A DNA stretch of 39,757 bases. Origin: Patescibacteria group bacterium (GTDB lineage Bacteria > Patescibacteriota > Minisyncoccia > UBA6257 > GWB1-50-10). A model generated the notes under the pieces. It made no database searches. It worked only from the letters and a program-made list of their open reading frames with translations, and was not told the origin of the DNA. Positions 16,510-26,058 of this stretch are shown here, piece after piece. Position 1 is the first letter of the stretch, and each line of letters begins with the position of its first letter. The stretch lies in the NCBI GenBank assembly GCA_030018585.1, contig JASEHZ010000003.1, positions 1 to 39,757 of the forward strand, read 5' to 3'. The position numbers and the translations under genes are program-made.

Positions 16510-18147
16510 TTATTCCACTGTTATATTAACTCTTGTTAAGTCTTGCGGCACCCAATTTACCCAAAAAGGCCACAAAGAAACCTTAGCGCCGTCTAATCCG
16601 GGAATAGCTGAAATCCTAATTTTTAACATTTCTTCTGAAACGCCCCCTAAATTATTTCTAAAATCTTCTATATCAAAATTGGGCCAAAATATTATCGAAC
16701 CTTTGATCGGCAAAGACATTATTTCATTATCAAAATCAATCTGAGGTTTACCGTAATCAAGTGACATTTCTTTTATTGCAGGATTGTAAGAAACGGCTGG
16801 CTTTAGTTTCTCGAAAATACTTTCTTTTAACGCCTCCTCCTCAAAAATAAAACGTTTCATCTCGCCATCAATAAAAACACTAAATTTGTTGGGGTCGTCT
16901 TTTAGTGGTTCGATGTTTTTTGCTAAAACGCTGAAATGACTATTATTGTCAAGAAGCTTAAAACGGTTATTAAGCACGATCAGCATTTCCGCATCAAGAG
17001 CATCTTTCAAGGATTTTACTGTTGCTTCTTCTCCTTTGGCTAAATCGTCTTTAGTCGGAGAAGCTTTTTCACCAATAAAACCGCCGCTCATTAACGTTAG
17101 AGATTCGGCGTAAAAACTATCGTATTTTGGCGTACCTTTCAAACCCGGGATCTTCCATGAAGAAGAGGACGGTACGTTATAATCTTCCCCCGCTTCAGCC
17201 GCAGTCACGGTTGCTTCGATTTTTGAAGAGACAATTTTACCATTTACAATTGAAGCACCGGGCACGACAATTCTTTTATCCAATTTAAAAATCTTGCTGG
17301 TCGGAGATTCAAACCTTGTTGAAGCAACTAAAATTTGCGGTTCGGAACTGTAAGAATTATAAATAATAAGTTTACCCGCCGCCCTTGTCTCTATTTTTTC
17401 TCTGCCTTGAGCTAAAAAAGACATTTCCAAATTGCGTCGGGCAATTAATAATTCACCAGGCAGAATAATGCTTTTGTTTTCGCTTACAACAGGTGTTGAA
17501 ACTTTACTATTTATAACAACTGTTTCGTCAAAATTTGCCGATATCTCTTCTAAATCAATAGCAATATCCGCTCTAGGCAAAACATTAAAAGCCAAACCAT
17601 GAACGCCGAACAAAAAAGACGCGATAATGACAATTATAATCAACCATCTCAAAATAATATTTTTTGTTTTTTTCTTCTTGACTGGCTTTTCGACTTCTTT
17701 TACGTCTTCCGGTAAAATTGTTTTTTCAACAGCTCTTTCTTTTTTTAAATCCTTCTTGGTTTTTTTTAATACTTCCGATGTCTTAATTGTTATTTTTTCT
17801 TTATTAATCTCCTCTATGATTTTTGGCTGTCTTTTTTTAAAATCCGAACGGGGTAAAATATCAGAAACCGCCCTTTCCCTGATCCTAAAAACCGGATTGG
17901 TCGCTTTTATATCGGTAAGCGACGCCAATTCTAAAATATGTTCGTCAACAGATTCTACTAAAATTTCTTTACCGGCGGTCTTACTTTCTCTTTTTAAAAT
18001 TTGAAAATTATTCACTGACGAACCGAGAACAGAATCTCTGGGTACGTTCAATATAACTTTCTCCGCCGAAGCCTTAATTAAACGATCAACGGCCGCTTCA
18101 ATGCCGTCTGAACGATCAAGAAAAATTTTCTTTTCTGTTTTAGACAT
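16510..18147 (-). CDS. Membrane-anchored protein with baseplate-J-like extracellular region
   Basis: Cytoplasmic N-domain, single TM, A.GKLIIYN...PQ.LVA.TRF...VTA.EAGEDYN pattern, V.LWPFW C-terminus. Confidence 0.55.
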   Translation of the reverse strand: MSKTEKKIFLDRSDGIEAAVDRLIKASAEKVILNVPRDSVLGSSVNNFQILKRESKTAGKEILVESVDEHILELASLTDIKATNPVFRIRERAVSDILPRSDFKKRQPKIIEEINKEKITIKTSEVLKKTKKDLKKERAVEKTILPEDVKEVEKPVKKKKTKNIILRWLIIIVIIASFLFGVHGLAFNVLPRADIAIDLEEISANFDETVVINSKVSTPVVSENKSIILPGELLIARRNLEMSFLAQGREKIETRAAGKLIIYNSYSSEPQILVASTRFESPTSKIFKLDKRIVVPGASIVNGKIVSSKIEATVTAAEAGEDYNVPSSSSWKIPGLKGTPKYDSFYAESLTLMSGGFIGEKASPTKDDLAKGEEATVKSLKDALDAEMLIVLNNRFKLLDNNSHFSVLAKNIEPLKDDPNKFSVFIDGEMKRFIFEEEALKESIFEKLKPAVSYNPAIKEMSLDYGKPQIDFDNEIMSLPIKGSIIFWPNFDIEDFRNNLGGVSEEMLKIRISAIPGLDGAKVSLWPFWVNWVPQDLTRVNITVE

Positions 18148-18151
18148 AAAA

Positions 18152-19303
18152 TTAATTATTAGCGATCAGCCATTTGGCTCTCCGCCGGAGTAATTGATTT
18201 AAAAACTCGTACTTCGGCGCACTAAAAGGATAAACCAACAATGCTAAAATATTTTGATTTAGCTTGACCGAAAAATCTTTGACGCGTTTATTAATATCTA
18301 TTGAAAAACCTTGCAATCTTAATGTTTCGCAAACCGCCGCTAATCGAAAATGAACCCGATTAAAAAAGGTCTCTAAAAAAGGTAGGTTGAAACGGAACAA
18401 AAAATGGGTTGTTGATTTTAAACCCGAAATACTCGAATAAGTCGGCGAAAGCATTTTTAAGAAGTCTTTAACTTGCTTTCTTATTTTTTGTTCTATAAAC
18501 CTTTGAAATTTTGATGAAATGCGCAGTTCTATATAACTATTTAAAATCTGAGAAGCAACGTCATTATCAATTCTCAAATCTTTCGCCAACTCATCCAAAA
18601 TACGCACCCTGCCCCAGTCATACCCCTTTAAATAAAGGGATTCGTCTTCCTTGTAGACAAAAACTGTCGTATATTCATCAGACACAGAAACAACCAAATC
18701 ATTCAAGCTGGCGAGAATCGAAACTAAAATAGCCGTCGCTTCAACAACAATAAAATCTTTAGCCCAAACTCTGAATTTCTCCACAAGCTGACTCACCGAC
18801 CTTGGAATAAAAGTACCGCGAAACCTCAACGAAAAATCTTTCCCTCTAAATCCTTCTGGATTAAAAACATGGTGATTGCCCAACCTAACGTCAACCACTT
18901 CAACGTTAAACAGAATTAAATCCATTTCAGCGACATTCATTTTTTTAGCCGCCCACGAACGATAGTGATTTAAAAATTCCCAAAGACCCCGAAATAAAAG
19001 ATTGTCTATCTCCGTTTCGTTTAAAGGAATTGTCGGTTCGGATCTTTTTAAATTAACGATGCTTTCAATGGTGGTTGCTTTTTTTGAATTTAAGCCTAAA
19101 ATCAAACGATCATACTGCCTCAATGGACGACGTAAATTGTTTAACCGGCCGCTTTTTCTGCTTTTTTCAATCATTATCTTTTTATCTAAATTATCAACTT
19201 GCGCGGCAACAACTTCAACACAATGATCAAGTTCTTCAATAACCAAACAACGTTCAGTTTTGCCGCCAAATAAATTCGAAATCTTGTTTAAAAGGTTAAC
19301 CAC
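18152..19303 (-). CDS. Hypothetical protein, possibly a degenerate FtsA-like actin-fold protein
   Basis: Length, position before baseplate-J-like gene, KR..P..P....E and V.NP.GF.GK segments; ATP motifs not recognisable. Confidence 0.4.
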   Translation of the reverse strand: MVNLLNKISNLFGGKTERCLVIEELDHCVEVVAAQVDNLDKKIMIEKSRKSGRLNNLRRPLRQYDRLILGLNSKKATTIESIVNLKRSEPTIPLNETEIDNLLFRGLWEFLNHYRSWAAKKMNVAEMDLILFNVEVVDVRLGNHHVFNPEGFRGKDFSLRFRGTFIPRSVSQLVEKFRVWAKDFIVVEATAILVSILASLNDLVVSVSDEYTTVFVYKEDESLYLKGYDWGRVRILDELAKDLRIDNDVASQILNSYIELRISSKFQRFIEQKIRKQVKDFLKMLSPTYSSISGLKSTTHFLFRFNLPFLETFFNRVHFRLAAVCETLRLQGFSIDINKRVKDFSVKLNQNILALLVYPFSAPKYEFLNQLLRRRAKWLIANN

Positions 19304-19370
19304 TTATTGATATTATAACACAAGTAAAAAACGACTCTGTGCTTCTATTCCTGCCTTACTACTGTAATAG

Positions 19371-20735
19371 CTAATGATTTTTCACCGATGCTTCGATAAA
19401 ATTAGAAGGATTGGCAAAAACCTTTTTCGAAACGGTTATTATTTTCCCCCGAAAAGACTCGTGAGCAGGGGAAAAAACTTTTAATGTTTCGGCAGAAAAT
19501 GGATCATACGTCTCCCCGTTAATGGTTATCTTTATATAAAATTCCTGGACGCCTAAATTTATCATATCTTTCACCTTAAACATTGGTGATAATTCTGGCT
19601 CAAGCCGCAACGCATCTTCTCCGCTAACCCGAAAAACTATAATCGTGCCAGCGTTTCCCAAAACAATTGATTGGACCGTCGGAGAAAGCTGCTTTAAATA
19701 TTGATGCGATAAAGTAAGACAAAACTTATATTTTCTTGCTTCAGAAACTAATTGTTCAAAAATTTCACTAACCAAGTTATGAAATTCATCAATATAAATA
19801 TAAAAATCTTCGTAATTTGAATCTTTTCTGAAAGCTCGATAATTCATTGCCTCTTTTAGCTTTAAAACAAAAAGCGCCCCCAAAAAGCTTGAATTTTCCT
19901 CACCTAATTTTTCTTTAGTAAGATTTATCAACACAATCTTTTTTTGACTGATAAAATCAATAAAATTTATTCTGTTTTCTTTTTGGGCAAAAACTTTCCC
20001 AAGCACCGGATCGGAGATAAATTGAGCGAACTTATTAAGAAGCGGCATTGCTGTTTCCCCCTCAAAACGGTCAAACCAACGCTGGAATTCAACAACCCAA
20101 AAATGCTTAACAATTTCATCCTGCACAAAGCCTAAAACTTTTTCCCGAAAACTAGCATCAGTAAGCATCAAAGTTATACTCCGCATTGTTGCTTCCGGAT
20201 AATCTAAAAGAGCGAGGCAAATGAATCTGAAAATATACTCTAATTTATGCGACCAGCTGGCGCCAAAGAACTTTTTTATAGTGATGATTAACCCCTCAAC
20301 TGCCTGATGTTTTAAATTTTTATCAATACCAACTAACGGGTTGAAAAAGAAAGTATGCTTTTCATCAGAAAAATCTAGAAAAACTACATCCTCCACTCGT
20401 TCTTCCGGAATAAAATCTAAAATTGAATCCGCTAAATCACCATAAGGATCGATTAAACAAAGGCCATGTCCATAAGCAATATCTTGCCGAATTAAAAGTT
20501 CTAAAAGCTTTGATTTTCCAACCGCGCTCTTACCAATAACATAAACATTGCGCCGCCGATCGCTTCTTTTAATACCGAAAATGAATTTCTTTTCTTCAAG
20601 TGCCGCAACATAATTAGTACGTCCTATAAAAGAAACTTCGGCAGAATTTTCTCTACCATAAATGGGAAGTTCGGGCGGCGGCGGCGCGTATTTAACTATT
20701 TGGATCTTACTCGTATTAGGCATAACCAAAAACAA
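19371..20735 (-). CDS. VirB4/TraG-TraD/HerA-like P-loop ATPase
   Basis: Walker A GKSAVGKS, IDPYGD, Walker B YIYIDEFHN, EARKY...L.HQYL.QL, GN.GT...FR. Confidence 0.8.
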   Translation of the reverse strand: MFLVMPNTSKIQIVKYAPPPPELPIYGRENSAEVSFIGRTNYVAALEEKKFIFGIKRSDRRRNVYVIGKSAVGKSKLLELLIRQDIAYGHGLCLIDPYGDLADSILDFIPEERVEDVVFLDFSDEKHTFFFNPLVGIDKNLKHQAVEGLIITIKKFFGASWSHKLEYIFRFICLALLDYPEATMRSITLMLTDASFREKVLGFVQDEIVKHFWVVEFQRWFDRFEGETAMPLLNKFAQFISDPVLGKVFAQKENRINFIDFISQKKIVLINLTKEKLGEENSSFLGALFVLKLKEAMNYRAFRKDSNYEDFYIYIDEFHNLVSEIFEQLVSEARKYKFCLTLSHQYLKQLSPTVQSIVLGNAGTIIVFRVSGEDALRLEPELSPMFKVKDMINLGVQEFYIKITINGETYDPFSAETLKVFSPAHESFRGKIITVSKKVFANPSNFIEASVKNH

Positions 20736-20737
20736 AA

Positions 20738-21232
20738 CTAAATAACCCCCACCTCTTTAAAAAACTTCTCATAACCACCCAAAACTTCTCTTGCTTCATC
20801 TAAAGAAAGGTTAAATCCTGGCGTATGGACAAGTTCGTTGCGAATTCTATGCACCCGCCAAAGTTCATCAATACTTTTTAAATCCCAAGAAGCTAAAGCC
20901 TCAAGACGATCAGCGGTATGCACTCCTTTTAAACCTAAACGTTCCAAAATGTCGTCCATAATTTTATCCGCTTCAATAATCGCGAGAACATAAGAATTTG
21001 GCGGCGCAGAATAAGCTTTAATCAAAACTGCTTCCCACCTTTTCTTAAACTTCTCGTCCTTAAGAAGAGGTGTTTTAAAATCGGCTTTCGGTACTGAACC
21101 AAAATCCGGTTTTAATGATTTTATTTTTTGGACAGTTAAAATAATTCCGACCACAAGCACAATATCAACTACTATAAAAATAACAGCTGAAACAAAGAAA
21201 AGTGGTTTTAAAATTGACATCAAGATGCTCAT
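20738..21232 (-). CDS. Hypothetical membrane protein
   Basis: N-terminal TM; AIIEADK..D..L...G..G....RL, H.IRN.LVH motif; operonic spacing. Confidence 0.65.
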   Translation of the reverse strand: MSILMSILKPLFFVSAVIFIVVDIVLVVGIILTVQKIKSLKPDFGSVPKADFKTPLLKDEKFKKRWEAVLIKAYSAPPNSYVLAIIEADKIMDDILERLGLKGVHTADRLEALASWDLKSIDELWRVHRIRNELVHTPGFNLSLDEAREVLGGYEKFFKEVGVI

Positions 21233-21241
21233 ATAAAATTC

Positions 21242-22639
21242 TTATTGAAACCTTTCCAAATCTTCTTCTTCGCCAAAAATCGCAAGACCGGCTGGCGGAC
21301 CGGTTTTCCGACTCTCCACTCTTTTTATGTGCGGAGCGGTTAAAACAATGGCGGTTGGCGGATGAAAAAGCGTAGCCAACCCCCCAATGTTCATTACAAA
21401 TCTGCGCGAAGCATATGAGGTATTTAATGAAAAATTGCCACCCAACCAAAAACCAGCCCAAGTTTCCGGCGGTATTTCCCGGTGTATAAAATTATAAAGA
21501 AACCGATTCTTGCTAGCCCAACCACTGATCATTGATTGATCGGTCGGATTTTTGACTGGCGATGATTGAGTGCCGGCCGCTGAATTTGATTTAAAAGAAT
21601 TAAAATTTAAAGCTGAATACTGGTTAAACGCGCTTATCAATCCGCCTTTTACAAAACTTTCAAAAAAAGTCGGCCGAGGCGCTAAATAAAGCAGTCGAAT
21701 TAAGGTATCAAAAGCCGGCTTTGAAAGATTCCTTTCAACCGCTTCAAGAACTTCGTTTTTCCCAGGCGAACGACCAAGCGACATTTCAGACGTACCACTT
21801 TCGCTTTTTGACTTAATCGTGGTCGGCTTTTGTAAATCAATAACAAATTTTCCCCACTTATCTTTCCAAGAACTTCCGGCCGGCGCAATTAAAATCTGAA
21901 TACCTACAGTCTCATCCTTTTTTGTTTTTCCTAAAACTTCCAAAAAATTGGAAATTGGATCAATCTGCTTTTCTTCTGCCGCACTCTCAAAATACGGATA
22001 AGTCTTGATAGGCAAGGCCTCTTCTTTAGCCAAGACCATTTCTGCGCCCCACACATCTAAATCCCGCTCTTCAAGTTCTTTTACGTTTGCGGGTAATTTT
22101 GAAATATAATCATCAACTAGTTCGACTTCAATATCGGGGTAATACGAGAAAAGGGCGGTTTCGATTATATTTTTATGTTGAGCCGGTGTTCTTATGAAAA
22201 AATGAATTTCGTTTTCGCCGGCAAAATTAACTATTTCCAAAGAAAACCAACACGTTACTATCCCGTCAATATATTTATCTTTAAAACTGTCAGCAGAATT
22301 CCGAAGCGAATGAATAGCCGCAAGCACCTGTTCCATGGCTTGAGGGCTTTTGGTGATTTCCCGCGGCATTTTAATTTCCAAAAGAGCAAACTCAATTGTG
22401 CGTTTAAAAACTTCCTGCCGATAATACCGATAAACCGATCCGAAAATCGGAAATAAAATAATAAAAAACCAAAACCACCAAAACATAAGAAAGTAACGTA
22501 AAATCACTGACAACAAATCTGAGGCGGAAATTAAGGACGTTCCTCCTACAACAACAAGTATCAAAAGAAGCCAAATTTCTTCCTTTCTTAAGGCTTCAAC
22601 AAGAAAATCTATTATGTGTTTAAAAATCTCTCTTATCAC
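21242..22639 (-). CDS. Hypothetical membrane protein associated with the ATPase
   Basis: Two N-terminal TMs, LLEIKMP.E..KSP.AME, WFSLEI, LATLFHPP. Confidence 0.65.
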   Translation of the reverse strand: MIREIFKHIIDFLVEALRKEEIWLLLILVVVGGTSLISASDLLSVILRYFLMFWWFWFFIILFPIFGSVYRYYRQEVFKRTIEFALLEIKMPREITKSPQAMEQVLAAIHSLRNSADSFKDKYIDGIVTCWFSLEIVNFAGENEIHFFIRTPAQHKNIIETALFSYYPDIEVELVDDYISKLPANVKELEERDLDVWGAEMVLAKEEALPIKTYPYFESAAEEKQIDPISNFLEVLGKTKKDETVGIQILIAPAGSSWKDKWGKFVIDLQKPTTIKSKSESGTSEMSLGRSPGKNEVLEAVERNLSKPAFDTLIRLLYLAPRPTFFESFVKGGLISAFNQYSALNFNSFKSNSAAGTQSSPVKNPTDQSMISGWASKNRFLYNFIHREIPPETWAGFWLGGNFSLNTSYASRRFVMNIGGLATLFHPPTAIVLTAPHIKRVESRKTGPPAGLAIFGEEEDLERFQ

Positions 22640-22696
22640 GTCTTTTTTATTAAAGCTTACTAATCAGCCAAAATCAAGAATGGTCTATAAAATAAT

Positions 22697-22720
22697 CCAG
22701 CCCCTCTGTTGAGGGGCTGG
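22697..22720 (-). terminator. Intrinsic terminator
   Basis: ccagcccctc-tgtt-gaggggctgg 10-bp stem, AT-rich tail on the minus strand. Confidence 0.7.
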
Positions 22721-22736
22721 GCTAAAACAATCGATT

Positions 22737-23756
22737 TTAAACTTCTTTAACGTGATATCTCCCATCATCAAGCCGTTTGAAATAGCGCCGATTTTGAAGA
22801 CCTAACAGAATAGTGTTTTCTTTCAAAATCCTCTGTTCGTTTACCAAACGAACAACTTCTTGCGAGTGAAGCGCTCCCTTCTTTTTAAGAATCCGAGCAA
22901 TAACTTCACGCACCGTGCCCGGCTCATAACCGTTCTCTCTCAAACCATAAATGCCGCGGCCAACCAAAACAAAACGATCATCTTTAATAAGTTCGTTATG
23001 AACGGTTTGAATATGAGCTGGTTTGTTATCAATGCCATATTTAATAATGTGTTTTGCAATGTCAATAAAATGGAACGGCTTGCCGTATTTCCGCAAAACC
23101 AAATAAGCCTTGTCACGAATAGCTTTGGGGTCAATTTCCGGCCATTCCCTAAGACCAATATCGCCGAAAACATTTGTCCCGAAATTTTTTGGAATTGAAA
23201 GAAGATGAATTGAAGCAACATCGCGGCATTGAGCTAAATAAGTTTTGTTGTCAATTAAATCTTTGCGATCGCTAGTTTCAAAAAATTGCGTCATTTGTTT
23301 TATGAACTCAACAAATTTTTTCTTTGCTGCGTCGTCAGCATACCAATAAGCGTTGCTGTAATCATCTTCACGAGAATAAAAAGGATTTTTTGCTGTCAAA
23401 AATACGAAACGGAGTTTCTGATCTAAATATTTTGCTTTAGAACCGGCAAAGTAAATTTGTTTCACGTCATTAATAAAATTACTATCGAGTCTAACGCCGC
23501 CCATTTTTACAAGATGAGCCACAACGCCATTAATAAGTTCAGCCGCCCCTTCTTTAACCCGAGGCGCCAACTTATTTAAACACTGCTCTTCTATTTGTCT
23601 TACTCGTTCACGCGTAATACCAAGATCGTCTCCAATTTCCTGGAGAGTGATTTTTTTGCCGTTTTTTAAACCAAAACGACCGCCTACAACTTTATGTTGT
23701 TTTGGGTTAAAATCCGCCGTAACCTGTTCTATAAATTGATCTATATCTTTAATCAT
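22737..23756 (-). CDS. Sigma70 region-4-like HTH protein with C-terminal tandem winged-helix domains
   Basis: RFGL...TLQEIGDDLGITRERVRQIE; P.HF.DIA, TVHNELIKD.RFVLVGRGIYGL. Confidence 0.75.
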   Translation of the reverse strand: MIKDIDQFIEQVTADFNPKQHKVVGGRFGLKNGKKITLQEIGDDLGITRERVRQIEEQCLNKLAPRVKEGAAELINGVVAHLVKMGGVRLDSNFINDVKQIYFAGSKAKYLDQKLRFVFLTAKNPFYSREDDYSNAYWYADDAAKKKFVEFIKQMTQFFETSDRKDLIDNKTYLAQCRDVASIHLLSIPKNFGTNVFGDIGLREWPEIDPKAIRDKAYLVLRKYGKPFHFIDIAKHIIKYGIDNKPAHIQTVHNELIKDDRFVLVGRGIYGLRENGYEPGTVREVIARILKKKGALHSQEVVRLVNEQRILKENTILLGLQNRRYFKRLDDGRYHVKEV

Positions 23757-23803
23757 ATTGCTTTTATTATTACTATAAGCTTATCATAGACCTTTTAAAG
23801 CTG

Positions 23804-24715
23804 TCAAGTACACCTTTTCCTGCTCCACAGGAAAAGTAAGGGACTAGCCACAAAAATCGAGGAATAAGTGCCAAAAACCGTACCTACTAAAATTGTCAAA
23901 ACAAAGTAAAAAAGCGAGGCTGGCCCCACCAAAAGCAAAGCCAGAAGCACGAAAATAAGAGTCAGGGAAGTATTTATTGATCGGACGAAAGTTTCATTAA
24001 CACTAAAATTAATAATCTCAGCCAAGGTTGATCTTCCTCTTCTTAATAAAAGATTTTCCCGAATCCGGTCAAAAACAACAATTGTGTCATGAACCGAAAA
24101 GCCCATAACTACAAGAAGAGCAACTATGAAATTAGTATCAATTTCTATGCCCTTAAGTTCGCCTAAAAGCGCAAGCAAACCCGCGGGGATGCAAACGTCG
24201 TGAACTAAAGTAAGCAATGTCACCACGCCATACTTCCAAGATTTTACTGGCTGTGAAACCTTTCGAAAAGCCCAAGCAATATAAAGCGATATGCCAACCA
24301 GAACTAAAATAATAGCCCAAATTGATTTTCGTCTTAATTCTGAACCAATAGTCGGTCCGATGCTCGAAAAGCTTTTTTCTTCAAATTCGCCTAATCCTTT
24401 CAAGGTAGCAACAAAAGATTGGTGATTTTTTTCATCAATGGCTGGTAATCGAATAATAAAACTTCCGTCGCTTACGCTTTTTACCGACGCTTCAATGCTG
24501 CGCGTCGAATCGCTCAAAACGCTTTTGATAATTTCTTCTGGCGCAACTAAAGCCGAACTAGCGGTAAATGGCTTAAAACCAATATGCCATTCAGTGCCGC
24601 CCGTCAGATCAATAGCGGGGTTAAAGCCAAAAATAATTATAAAAACCACCGCCACAGTCAAAATAATTCCAGAAAAAACAAAAAATATATTTCTCTTTCC
24701 GATTAAATCAAACAT
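23804..24715 (-). CDS. secF: Protein translocase subunit SecF
   Basis: IDLTGGT, IGPTIGSEL, HDV, GFSVHDTIVVFDRIREN, RSINTSLT, GTYSSIF.ASP. Confidence 0.95.
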   Translation of the reverse strand: MFDLIGKRNIFFVFSGIILTVAVVFIIIFGFNPAIDLTGGTEWHIGFKPFTASSALVAPEEIIKSVLSDSTRSIEASVKSVSDGSFIIRLPAIDEKNHQSFVATLKGLGEFEEKSFSSIGPTIGSELRRKSIWAIILVLVGISLYIAWAFRKVSQPVKSWKYGVVTLLTLVHDVCIPAGLLALLGELKGIEIDTNFIVALLVVMGFSVHDTIVVFDRIRENLLLRRGRSTLAEIINFSVNETFVRSINTSLTLIFVLLALLLVGPASLFYFVLTILVGTVFGTYSSIFVASPLLFLWSRKRCT

Positions 24716-24717
24716 AA

Positions 24718-26034
24718 TTATTTTTTGATATTTTGATTTTGTCTCCCGACCGGTAAATTTATATCATCGGTTTTCGTAAAAACTCTAAGAATAGTCCTAG
24801 TAATCGTGATGGCTGAAAACATGCTAACCACCACGCCAAGAAATAAAGTCAAAGCAAATCCCTTCACAAAACTTGAAGTGGAAAAATAAAGTACGGCTGC
24901 CGTAATCATGGTGCTGATATTTGAATCCCTGATAGAAGTCCAAGCCCGTTTAAACCCTTCTTCAATGGCGGCTTGTTTTGAAAAGCCCTTTTTCAATTCC
25001 TCTCGAGTCCGCGCAAAAACCAAAACATTAGCATCTACGGCCATGCCAATAGACAAAATAAATCCTGCCACGCCAGCCAAAGTTATTGTCACCGGCGTAA
25101 TTTTAAAAATAGCCAAAGTTAAAGCAATATACATCAAAAGCGCAACCGAAGCGAAAATACCAAACAAATGATAATAAACAATCATAAAAACCATAACTGT
25201 CAGAGTGCCGATCGCGCCAGCGAAAATTGCCTTGCTTAAAGCGTCCTTGCCAAATTCAGCGCCAATAGTCTGCTGATTAATAAGCTTGATTGGTGCGGGC
25301 AGCGCGCCAGCGTTAAAACGCTCAACCATAGCTCTTGCCTGATCAATGGTATATTTTCCTGTTATTTGGGCTTTGCCGCCGGCTATTTTTTCCCGGACCG
25401 TCGGCATTTCAATTAATTCGTTATCGAGAAATATTGCCAAAGGCTTACCCACATTTTTCTCCGTCAATTGCTCGAAAATTTTCGCGCCCTCGCTGTTGAA
25501 CTCTAATTGGACTTCCGGCGTCCGCGTTACTGAATCAAAAGAAACTTGAGCCCGCGTAATATAACGGCCATTCAAATTAGTCGGCGTAAATTTTAATGCC
25601 GTTGAAGTCGTATTATCTTTTCCAACCTCTTCACTTGTTTCAACTTCCCTGAAATCCAAAAACGGCGTTTCGCCGATTTCTTCAATAGCTTGGTTTACGT
25701 CTTTAATGCCAGCGAGCTCAACCACCAAACGGTTTGTTTCACCAGTAGTTTGAGTATAAACTTTCGGCTCGCTCACGCCAAAAAGATTAACTCTTTTTTC
25801 AATAATGTCTCTTAATCCTTTTACAACGTAATCGCGGTCTGTTGAGGCAATTTGATTTAAATCAATGTCGTAAATCAAATAAGTGCCACCTGCTAAATCC
25901 AACCCCAGACTCCAAGTCCTAAAAGAACTTACTTTTTTCCAAAGCGGATCATAATCAAAAAAAGCGGCTCCCAAAGAAAGCGCAACAAGAATTAACAAAA
26001 CCAGAACCAATGTTTTCTTTTTTCGACTAAACAT
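24718..26034 (-). CDS. secD: Protein translocase subunit SecD (start reassigned to ATG 26034)
   Basis: LGLDLAGG, RVNLFGVSEP, AGALPAP, IGMAVDANVL; upstream start would overlap the divergent gene. Confidence 0.95.
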   Translation of the reverse strand: MFSRKKKTLVLVLLILVALSLGAAFFDYDPLWKKVSSFRTWSLGLDLAGGTYLIYDIDLNQIASTDRDYVVKGLRDIIEKRVNLFGVSEPKVYTQTTGETNRLVVELAGIKDVNQAIEEIGETPFLDFREVETSEEVGKDNTTSTALKFTPTNLNGRYITRAQVSFDSVTRTPEVQLEFNSEGAKIFEQLTEKNVGKPLAIFLDNELIEMPTVREKIAGGKAQITGKYTIDQARAMVERFNAGALPAPIKLINQQTIGAEFGKDALSKAIFAGAIGTLTVMVFMIVYYHLFGIFASVALLMYIALTLAIFKITPVTITLAGVAGFILSIGMAVDANVLVFARTREELKKGFSKQAAIEEGFKRAWTSIRDSNISTMITAAVLYFSTSSFVKGFALTLFLGVVVSMFSAITITRTILRVFTKTDDINLPVGRQNQNIKK

Positions 26035-26041
26035 GGATTCC

Positions 26042-26051
26042 AGTATATAAT
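26042..26051. promoter_or_regulatory. Overlapping divergent -10 boxes, each 7 nt from an ATG
   Basis: Plus TATAAT 26046-26051 then ATG 26059; minus TATACT 26047-26042 then ATG 26034. Confidence 0.6.
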
Positions 26052-26058
26052 ATATAGT

